Under the pieces are notes generated by a model. That model saw only the letters and a list, made by a program, of their open reading frames with translations, was not told the DNA's origin and did not search any database. Both the position numbers and the translations under genes were made by a program. Positions 18,545 through 27,800 of a stretch of 61,427 nt of DNA are shown piece by piece. Within the stretch, counting starts at the first letter, position 1. The number at the start of each line of letters is the position of its first letter. The stretch spans positions 1 to 61,427 of the IMG/VR virus record IMGVR_UViG_3300035670_000214; one strand, given 5' to 3'. Source of the DNA: a virus (Duplodnaviria > Caudoviricetes).

Positions 18545-18847
18545 CAAGTTGGACTCTATCGAGTCCACCAGGCTGACCGAAAGGTCAGCTGTCTCCCTCA
18601 AAAATGAATTGAACGATAAGGAAATGGGGGGGTTGCTAACAGCAACTGGACGTTTCCAACCAACAACAGATAAACAATCCACTCTGGCGGGTGTCCTTAA
18701 AAAGATGTGACTGTTGCCAATCCCACTAACGTGGTCCTGCAACTTCGCATTTACCCCCGCCAGAATCCGCCCTAACGGGCGTCCTATCAACAGATTCAAC
18801 AACCTTCATTAGAAAGGGTAAATGCGTGGCTACTAGATACATAAGGC
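18545..18847 (+). ncRNA. Pseudoknotted structured RNA D (family not recognised)
   Basis: Crossing helices 18683-90/18757-64 and 18746-56/18816-26; GAAA and UAAC-loop hairpins; long closing helix. Confidence 0.65.
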
Positions 18848-19267
18848 GTGAATAAGGTACAGAGCTCAAATGACGGGATAGCACCACCAGATGGATACAT
18901 TGGAGAAATAAAATCAGTATCTACAGCAACGGCTATTACTACTTCTAATTCAAATCTTGCAACCCTAACATTAACTCCTGGTACCTGGATTGTGACTGGC
19001 GGATATCGCTTCGGCGGAGATGCTGTAGCAAGATACTTGATAATCAGCCTTTCTACTACATCTGCGACAGCGGACACAGAGGCAGGAAGAACTGTAGTAG
19101 CGGATTATAATACAGTGGGTGGTGTTGTAGGAGCAACTACATTCTCTCGTACTTTTAGAGTCACCTCGGTAGCTTCTACCCAAACTATATATCTTGTCGG
19201 CCTTACTTCCAGTGTATCCGGAGCAGCATCATTTTATGGTTATATTGAAGCAGTTCGTATAGCTTAA
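18848..19267 (+). CDS. Orphan paralog of the C-terminal domain of fibre 4 (possibly a silent cassette)
   Basis: GIAPPDGYIGEIK ... TPGTWIV ... AVRIA mirrors 18050-18544; GTG start without a well-spaced RBS. Confidence 0.7.
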   Translation: MNKVQSSNDGIAPPDGYIGEIKSVSTATAITTSNSNLATLTLTPGTWIVTGGYRFGGDAVARYLIISLSTTSATADTEAGRTVVADYNTVGGVVGATTFSRTFRVTSVASTQTIYLVGLTSSVSGAASFYGYIEAVRIA

Positions 19268-19330
19268 CAATCCGGCAATCCTACCCCTTACGGGGTAGTC
19301 CGGGCCATCGACTTGCCAGGGAGGCTAATT

Positions 19331-19636
19331 GTGAACCAAGAGCATGACGAGCAGACTAGGTGGCTTGTTTCTTATCTCGAAACTAGGTTCGGTCGGTTAG
19401 AGGATAGAATATCCTCCGTGGCCGAAGGACTTGAAGATAGGTTAGACCAGGCCATTATGGCGCAGTCGGTCAAGATTGATACTCTAGAGGAAAAGGTCAA
19501 CCAATTGGAGAATGACCACCTCAAGTTGTCGAACCAGGCTGGTCTGGTGCGGAATTTGCTTGCATTCATTGGCACAGGTATGCTATCCTTACTTGGTTGG
19601 GCGATTACTTACTTTTGGCCTACTGGCGGTAAGTAG
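19331..19636 (+). CDS. Coiled-coil protein with a C-terminal TM helix (holin or XhlA-like)
   Basis: GGAGG RBS before GTG 19331; heptads followed by LLAFIGTGMLSLLGWAITYFW. Confidence 0.55.
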   Translation: MNQEHDEQTRWLVSYLETRFGRLEDRISSVAEGLEDRLDQAIMAQSVKIDTLEEKVNQLENDHLKLSNQAGLVRNLLAFIGTGMLSLLGWAITYFWPTGGK

Positions 19637-19696
19637 TCCCTCGACCCCCCCCCCTCATACATCCTTGACCTAACTACTAATATAAGGAATAGACAG

Positions 19697-19966
19697 ATGA
19701 AAAAAGAACTACTCAAGAAGATGAAGTACGACATGCCTAAGGGCCCGAAGGGTGAAGCCCCTGAGGGAACTGAGATTGAGATTAGTCTTGGTGAGGAATC
19801 TGAGGAACTTGGCGGACCTAAAATGCCAGGCGAGTCCGAGGACGAGATGATGGCCGAAGAAGAGATGGACATGGAAGAGCCCGAAGCTCTCGACCTATCC
19901 CTCGCATCTGACGAGGAATTGATGGCTGAACTCAAAAAGCGCAAAGCTAAGCCAGCGATGGCCTAG
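19697..19966 (+). CDS. Small acidic disordered virion-associated protein
   Basis: AAGGA RBS; Glu/Met-rich; C-terminal SDEELMAELKKR helix. Confidence 0.6.
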   Translation: MKKELLKKMKYDMPKGPKGEAPEGTEIEISLGEESEELGGPKMPGESEDEMMAEEEMDMEEPEALDLSLASDEELMAELKKRKAKPAMA

Positions 19967-19992
19967 TCCTTTTAGACTAGGAGACCCTGATT

Positions 19993-20991
19993 ATGGCTAG
20001 GTCACTTACTACCCGCCAGTTGATTGCTGCCGTCCGCTCTCTCATTGACGAGCAGAACGAAGCAGAGATTAACGATACTATTGACATACTACCATCCCTT
20101 AACCGGGGATTCGATGACGCCATCGACATTCTAGCACGGCGCTACCCTGATGCCCTTATAACCAACCGCACTGTCTCCTTAAGCGAGGGCGATGAGGGTC
20201 TATTCCCCATCCCGGAAGATGCCTTTCAAGAGCGCTTAGAGAAGGTAGAAGCTAGCATCAATGGCTACTACACCGAGATTCAAAGGATAGACTACCGGGA
20301 CATTACCTACTACGATGTACCCCAGAACTCGGGTTCACCCTTCTACTACGCAGTCATAGGTTCAGATTATAAATTGGTCCCTCCGCCTTCAGGTATTGAT
20401 GGCCTTCGCATCTGGTATATACCAGAAGTAGGGCCACTCGTCGAGGAGTACGGGCGCATAACTGTGATAGGTACCGACAATTCGCTACCTACGGCAAGGT
20501 CGTACGTCAGATTGACCGACGTAACTGACCCTGACCAAGTTAGTCAAGATATAAGCTCCTTGTCTAGCTTCGTTAACCTCATCGACCACAGAACTGGTCG
20601 GATAAAGGCTACCCTCCAGATTGCTAGTATCTCAGGACCTAAGGTAATATTCAGTGCTAGTCCTAATAGGGCAGTTGTTCAGGGCCGCACTGTCAGTACT
20701 TCGCTTCCAGCAGGTACTGAGCTGGATGACTACCTCTGTCCGGTTGACGGTACTTGCATACCTCCTATGCGCTCTCCTTTGACCAACTTCCTCATTACCT
20801 ATAGTTCAGCCGAACTGAAAGCACTGAAGCTGGACGGCGACCCTAACGTGGTACTAGCTCAGCTTAAAAAATTCGAGGAGCGAATAGAGAAGACCTGGGT
20901 AAGAAGAGAGCAGTCTCAGCGAGTTTACCGAGCATCCAAGAACTGGGGTCCACGTACCAATAACCTCTGGGTGCGTACTCCGCGAACATAA
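19993..20991 (+). CDS. Head-tail adaptor (tail tubular protein A-like)
   Basis: LIAAVRSLIDE...LNRG...FPIPED...GSPFYYAV...LVPPP...IWY pattern; lies upstream of the nozzle gene. Confidence 0.7.
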   Translation: MARSLTTRQLIAAVRSLIDEQNEAEINDTIDILPSLNRGFDDAIDILARRYPDALITNRTVSLSEGDEGLFPIPEDAFQERLEKVEASINGYYTEIQRIDYRDITYYDVPQNSGSPFYYAVIGSDYKLVPPPSGIDGLRIWYIPEVGPLVEEYGRITVIGTDNSLPTARSYVRLTDVTDPDQVSQDISSLSSFVNLIDHRTGRIKATLQIASISGPKVIFSASPNRAVVQGRTVSTSLPAGTELDDYLCPVDGTCIPPMRSPLTNFLITYSSAELKALKLDGDPNVVLAQLKKFEERIEKTWVRREQSQRVYRASKNWGPRTNNLWVRTPRT

Positions 20992-20999
20992 GGCATACC

Positions 21000-21152
21000 A
21001 TGGCTACTACTAAAGAAGCAATAGCTAAGCTAAAGGACCAGGGTCCCTGCTGGAAGAACTACGAGCAGGTAGGGATGAAGCCGACCAAAAAAGGTAAGAT
21101 GGTGCCTAATTGCGTTCCTAAGAAGAAAAAGAAGGAAGGCGAAAATAAATGA
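21000..21152 (+). CDS. 50-aa basic protein with the CWxxY...MVPNCVP motif (absent from the ORF track)
   Basis: MATTKEAIAKLKDQGPCWKNYEQVGMKPTKKGKMVPNCVPKKKKKEGENK; motif familiar from small phage proteins. Confidence 0.75.
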   Translation: MATTKEAIAKLKDQGPCWKNYEQVGMKPTKKGKMVPNCVPKKKKKEGENK

Positions 21153-21200
21153 TGGCAGTCACAATCCCTGCGGTCACAGTGTCTGTGAAGGAGCCTGAAT

Positions 21201-21467
21201 ATGGCAGTCACTAAGAAGGCAGTATCAAGCCTAAAAGATAAGATGCCCTGCAATAAACCTAGACGGGCTAATGACGGTAAGCACGACTACGTAGTCAAGG
21301 CTTGCCAGGATGGTGAAGAGCGGATAGTCCGTTACGGCGATTCCAGTATGCCTAACCACCCAGATGACCCTGAACGTAGAGCGAACTTCCGAGCTCGACA
21401 TAACTGCGACGAGAAGAAAGATAAGTTCTCGGCTGGCTACTGGGCGTGTAGGAAACCAGCATGGTAA
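21201..21467 (+). CDS. DUF6321-like small basic protein
   Basis: IVRYGD...PERRANFRARHNC...KFSAGYWAC. Confidence 0.75.
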   Translation: MAVTKKAVSSLKDKMPCNKPRRANDGKHDYVVKACQDGEERIVRYGDSSMPNHPDDPERRANFRARHNCDEKKDKFSAGYWACRKPAW

Positions 21468-21520
21468 CTAACGAAGACGATTGGAAGATATTACAGATAG
21501 CATATACAGGGAGAGTAAAG

Positions 21521-21700
21521 ATGCCACTAGCTAAAGGTTACAGCCAAAAGTCAATCAGTAAGAATATCAGTAAGCTCAAAGAAGAAGGCTATGATGCCAA
21601 AGGTGGCAAACAAGCCGTAGCCATCGCCATGCAAACAGCTTGCAAGTCCTGTCGCAAAGCAGGCAAAGGCAAGTGTGAGATGTGTCAGAAGAAGGGTTAG
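21521..21700 (+). CDS. Small basic phage protein of the MPLxKG...KQAVAIA type
   Basis: MPLAKGYSQKSISKNISKLKEEG...KQAVAIAM plus two CxxC; GGAG RBS before ATG 21521. Confidence 0.7.
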   Translation: MPLAKGYSQKSISKNISKLKEEGYDAKGGKQAVAIAMQTACKSCRKAGKGKCEMCQKKG

Positions 21701-21733
21701 GCGTGCGTCATATTGACGTAGCAGGAGTAATAG

Positions 21734-21808
21734 ATGGCGACTAGATATCAGGATGTTAGGGTTGCCATAGGCAACTTGGATATATCGCCAACAGACAGGA
21801 TTAACTAA
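21734..21808 (+). CDS. Mini-ORF 1, MATRYQDVRVAIGNLDISPTDRIN
   Basis: AGGAG RBS; first 20 nt identical to the start of the 21883 gene. Confidence 0.45.
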   Translation: MATRYQDVRVAIGNLDISPTDRIN

Positions 21809-21810
21809 CT

Positions 21811-21873
21811 ATGGCTACGCGCTATCAAGACAAGTTGAGCTTACAGCTCACCACGATGTCCTTGCTGATATAG
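21811..21873 (+). CDS. Mini-ORF 2, MATRYQDKLSLQLTTMSLLI
   Basis: AGGA upstream; same heptapeptide encoded with synonymous codons. Confidence 0.45.
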   Translation: MATRYQDKLSLQLTTMSLLI

Positions 21874-21882
21874 GAGTTCTAA

Positions 21883-24800
21883 ATGGCGACTAGATATCAG
21901 GACATCTCCTACGGTAGCTTCGGTGGTGGTATAGACCAGCTCTCACCCGAGAGCAAGATACCGGATGACTTCGTAGAGCTTTTAGACAATGTAGACCCTA
22001 CGCCTAACGGCTCGCTAGTTAAGCGTACTGGTACCCAGCTATTCGGCTCGGTACCTGTTCGCGTTGAGCGTATAGAGTACATCCGTGTCGGCAGTCCTGG
22101 AGATTACTCCGGTGAGCTCTGCTTTTTCCTCGATACTAGCGTGGACGTTATCAGTCTTCGCTCTACCCCCATTTACGTCTACGGTAGAACCAGCGAGGGC
22201 CAAGCAGCTGGCGATTTCACCAGCGTTAGCTCCGGTAAGTACTACCCTAAATTTACAACTGACGTCCGGCAATCAGTACTTGAATCGGATGGTATAAGCG
22301 AGCAAACTACTACCATACTGCTAGAAGGTAATACCCACGACCAAGGTTCCCTTCTAGCCTTCGGCCTCTTCCAGAGTATTAGTAGCACTAACCTCGGTAA
22401 CCAGGTAATAGTACCTACCAGCGTTAAGGTAGATAAGCTAAGTGCCGACGTTACCGCCGAAGTAACTACTGGCTTGACTAGCGATGAATCGACCGTAATA
22501 TTTGATACCTTCGCCGTCGCCAAGTCAAGAGCATTCGACCCAGGTACCTCTTACGTCTACACCGCTAGCTTAGCTACAGCTGCTAGCTTTCCTAACCCAG
22601 TCACAGTTAGTATAGCAGCTGGTACCCATAACCTTACCAGCTTTAACATCCTGGCTGATTGCTACCTAGACAATGGTACCGAATACGAGCGTATAGTACC
22701 GGATAGCTACGTGATTACCCCGGCTGGTTCTGTTGAACTATCCTTTAGCTACTATCAGAATTTTAACCTAGTAGCCTGCCTCTACGCTGCACCCAGCAGT
22801 CAATCTAAGATGCAGCTTGTGGAGTCGGGCGAGATAAATGAAACTATAATAGTAGATTACCCAGATACTCCTTTCCTATTCTATCAGCTATTTGCCGAGC
22901 AGCTCGATGGTTCTCGCGTAGCCTTCTACGGTAGCGCCAATTTGGATACGGTAAACGCAGCAGCCGCTAGCGCCGTACTCGACGTAAGACTACTTCCAGG
23001 TGCAACCTCTGACTATCGTTCCACCTTTTACGTCACTAACCAATCTGGTACCGACCTTACTACCTTAACAGTTTGGGATTACGGAAGATTGGTTTCCAAC
23101 AAACTATGCGTAGAAGCAAGCGACCCTGTAATCGACACATTTGCAATAAGCATACCAGGTAGTGAGCATAAATTGGGGGAATTCGTAGCTACCACATTGC
23201 TACAATCCACTAACCCTACTAACCAGAATAACCTACTTATCCAGTATGACGAGGCTAGTACAGCAGTAGTAGACGACACCGTCACCATCAATCTGGCAAA
23301 TAATACCACCAGCCAATTTACTGCCTATGCCATTTTGGCCGATAGGTCTATAATGAGCGGAGCCTATCACCACCCGGCTACACTAGTTGCCGGAGGGACT
23401 ACTCAAACTATTAGCATACCAGCTAGTACGCATAACAAGGGTGCTGATGTAAACCTAAGCCTATTTAGAGTGGTACCGGGAACTGGAGCTACTACTAGCT
23501 ACGAGGAATTACCAGTAACCGATTTAACGATTAGTAGCACAGGCAATATCACCTTATTGGTAGAGAATACCGGAACTAGTGAATACTACGTAATACCGGT
23601 AGTATATTCCGTCACGAATACAGCCACTTCAGGTAGTATAGCTAGTGGAACTACCGGCACACTTAGTATCAGTAGCCTTACCAATCCATTTGCTTTCATC
23701 CATGTCTACCAGATATCTGGCACAGATAGAATACGTATAACCCCAGACCGCGTCTCTGTCAATAGCATTCTCGGAACTGGCAGTATTCAGGTGACTAATA
23801 ATACCGGTTCTGCCCTGACGTATAAAGCATTGTGGGACTACGCCGACTATACCAGCGAAGAGGTGGTTCCTATCACGTCTAGCAGTGGTACTGGTTATAG
23901 GGATAATAACCCGCAGATGACTATCTGGGGTTTACCTCACCGACAGTTGTACTCAGGTGCTACTGGCTCGACTCCAGGCTACGTAACTCACGTAGACGTC
24001 TATAGAGCGCAGGCAGAGGAAAGACCAGTCTGTGGACTTGGCGGAAACCTCTACAATGCTATAGACTTTAGCGAGGCTCCGGCTAGTTACGGTATGGGAG
24101 AATACTATCCTAACCTTAGAGCTAGGGTAGATACGCCAGTTGTAGTAGGCCCTGCTTTCATCAATACCACAGATAGCGATACTAGCCGAACTCAAGGTGT
24201 TATTCGTTTCACTACTGCTGGCAACAATTTGGCTGCCATCGTTCGCTCCGTCTACCAGCAAGGGACTGAAGCGTATCCTGATTATTCCTCTAGCTCCACC
24301 TACACTACCGGAGCTATCGTTAGATTTAACGCTAGCTACTACCAGGCGCTTATGAGTGTACCTGCAGGTCAGGCACCTAGCAATACTGCTTACTGGGAGG
24401 AGGTATTTGAGGGGCATGTAACCTATCGCCTTTACGTACCTAATCTAACTGTGATAGGCTCACTGTCACAAATATTCAATAGCAGCGAATTTCTCACCGT
24501 TAGCGGTATGGGTTACTCCATTAATAATGGTGAATTTAACGTTATAAGTGCAGCCCTGGTACCTAGCAGCGATTACCTGGACGTCACCGTCTATAACCCT
24601 GAGCTCGATACCGCTGACTGGAATGAAGCTAGTTCAGACGGAAGAGCTGGTATCTTCACTGACCGCATTCCTCTGGAAGTGACCTGCCCATTCTTCGAGA
24701 ACGATAGATTACTGTCAGCAAGCTGGGGCGAGGAGCAATTGTTAACCGTTACCGGCACTTCAGCTGGTAATGAAGTCCGCATGGATGGACTCTACGAGAA

Positions 24801-27800
24801 TGTAAGTATACCTGATGGTCTTCTCCTCGTCGGCTCTAGAACCAGCCGTATCATACCTCTCCGCTCGCTTAACGCTATACCTACTACCCAGAATCTGGTA
24901 GCAGGCGATATTCTTAGCTTCACTAACCTCAGCCGTGAGCTTAGAGCTAAATTCGTGAATCCACGGGCAGATGAGGTCGTTAGCATTTCCAGCAACCTCA
25001 GCTATACCTTGGACGACAATCCACCTGTCCGCGTCAATGTGGCCGATTCCAACCTATTCCAGGTAGGCCAGCGTATACTATTACTTAACGCTGGTCAGTT
25101 CACTGGCGAGCAGTTGATAGAAGAGATTATCAGCCCAACTCAGGTTCAACTAGTAGTTAAAGCTTATACCCCAGCACTGGGGGGATGTGTAATTTTTGGC
25201 TATAACGTCGAGGTAGACGAGGATTTTCCTTGGTTCGACAGCTTGACCTCTACCATCAGTTTCACGGTAACCAGACGCTGGTGGCCTATCGAGGAGCCAG
25301 ACAACGACTACCTGCAGTTACCTCCTAATAGGTACCGCTACTTCAACAGTGCTGCGTACGACAACCAGCCATTCCTCCGCTCTACCATGGTACAGGATAC
25401 CATGTATCTGACCAATGGTCTGGATGCGGTACAGCGCTACGACGGCCAGAACCTGACTAGGGCTGGTCTCTTCCGTTGGCAGGCAGGTCTATACCTAACA
25501 CTAGATACTACGACGGTAGGTAAGGTAGTACCTAATACCTATCAAATAGATAACGCTAAAATTGGCTCAGTTGGTAGTAACTTCTTTAACGTAGATAAGT
25601 ACCTTGATAAACACTTCGCTATTGGAGATGTTATACGTTATACCAATGTTACTAGCGGAGTTACGGTAACGCGAGACCTTACTATCACCAAAACCTGGGA
25701 AGGAAACACTGAATCTGTTATAGAAGTAGACACAGATGGTGTAGCCCTGCTAACTAGTGGTACTAAGACGCTTAATAAGGTAAGTACGTACTCCTATTAC
25801 TATCGCCTTAATATGATAGATGTTAATGGAAATATTATAGCTAGTGCCGTTACCAACGCACAAGATGCTAGGATAGATATAGCCCAAGCCGCTGCTATCA
25901 AGCACTTGCTTGTCCGGCCTCCGTTCCTAGATAACTTTGACTTCGCTCGTATCGAGATACAGGTGTACAGAACCAAGGCAAACTTAACTGGACCTTATTA
26001 CCTAGTAGCTACATTGCAGCCTAACTGGAATATCGGTGGCGAAGCCTACCTTGAGTTCACTGACACAGCTGCGGATAACACTCTCGCTAGCACCAACCTT
26101 GACCCAGTTAACGCCACACTCTTAGGGCAAGAATTGGGCCAGACTTGGTCAGGTCCTTTACGTAGTAAGTATCTAACTTCCAATTCCAATAGCCTTGTAC
26201 TAGCCAACTTCCGTAGCTGGCCTAGCCTAAGTCTGCGTCCTCAACGCCTAGCCGAGATAGAGAAGACGGAGTTAGCCGACTACGCAGGCCGTAAGCTATT
26301 AATACTAAAGGATAGTACTGACATTGGGCTTACTACCGATAACCTGAATAGGATGCAATTTGAGTTCCTCTCATCCGGTGCCCATACCATAAGTCTGTCT
26401 GGTGCAGCTATAGACTATGACACTAACGAATTGACTATAACTAATGCAAGTCATGGACTGGTTGAGGGTAACTGGATATATCTGTTCTTTACTAATAGCG
26501 GGCCAACTTCCATTGACCCACGAGTAGGCGGGCACTACCAGGTTAGTTCGGTAGTGGATACTAATAGCTTCCGTATCCAACTGTCCAACACCTTACTTGA
26601 TAGTATCAATACTTACCCACTTAACGGGCAGGACGTCAATCGTTACGTCCACGCTACTAATGCAAATGACGTGCCAGTCTGGATAGGTTCTGACCTATTA
26701 TATAGCACTAAAGCTGGTCTAAAGCAAGCCTCCGTTGACCCTAGCACCTTTGTATTCCTGCGACTTGCCAACGCTATCAATAGTGCGCAAGCTGCTTGTA
26801 ACACTCAAGATTTCGTTCCTTGGATGGTAGCTAACGCTGGTGGCGAGTGGCGAGATAATCGTATAGTAATCGAGACACCTTACGTCACTGATAGCAGGCT
26901 AGCAGCTATACTTCCTAGCTTTGATAACCTCATCATCTACGCTAACGAGCTTAGAGTTAACGCTGGCTCAACCGTACTTGCTGAAGTTCAGGTCTTCCCT
27001 AGCCGTATACTGGTGAGCTACCCTAACTATCCAGAAATATTTGATGCACCTTTAGCCTTCCTAGACACAGATAGTGAATCAGCTATCGACATCAATCCTT
27101 CAGATGGTCAAGAGATAACAGGGGTTATACCGTTCTTTGGCGAGTCGGCTTTCGGAGCTGCGCAAAAGGATAGTATCCTTCTGGTATTTAAGACTGCTTC
27201 CGTCTACCTAGTCAATATTGCGGCCAAGAGGGCAGGCCAGCCTTGCGTACAGCGCCTCGATACCAGAGGCCTTGGTTGTACCGCGCCGTATTCGATAGCA
27301 CCTACCCAGAACGGTATAATGTTCGCTAACCAATCTGGTATCTACCGTATTACCACTAACCTCCAGTGTCAGTACATCGGTCGCCGTGTAGAGCGTATCT
27401 GGAAGGAAGAAGTAGACCTTAACCAGCTAGACTTACAACTACACGGACACTATTACCCGCTGGGGCACCAGTACAAGCTGTCTGTTCCCTATCGGGATGA
27501 TGAGAGGGATTACTCCCAGCGCGTACTGGTCTACAACACCGTTCGGGAATACACGGCTGACGGGTACAGGGACGGTAGCTGGACTTCCTACTCTAATCTA
27601 CCAGCTATCGGCTGGGCTAACATGCTAAGACAACCACTGTTTGCAACCCCTAACGGAGAGGTATTTACTCTCCGCATGACTGGGGATAGCACAGACTACC
27701 GTGACGATGGCTCGCCTATCGAGGCTGTAGCTACCTTACGGGCTATGGACTTTGGCTCGGCTAGTATAAGGAAAGCGGTGGCTAGCTTTAACATGCAATT

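Noticed and set aside
18545-18847. Canonical group I or group II intron, or hammerhead/HDV ribozyme
   Set aside because: No P/Q/R/S consensus, no domain V with a catalytic triad, no CUGAnGA/GAAA core; only the topology is reminiscent
18050-19270. Diversity-generating retroelement VR/TR pair
   Set aside because: Differences are extensive, include indels and are not confined to adenines; no reverse transcriptase is encoded
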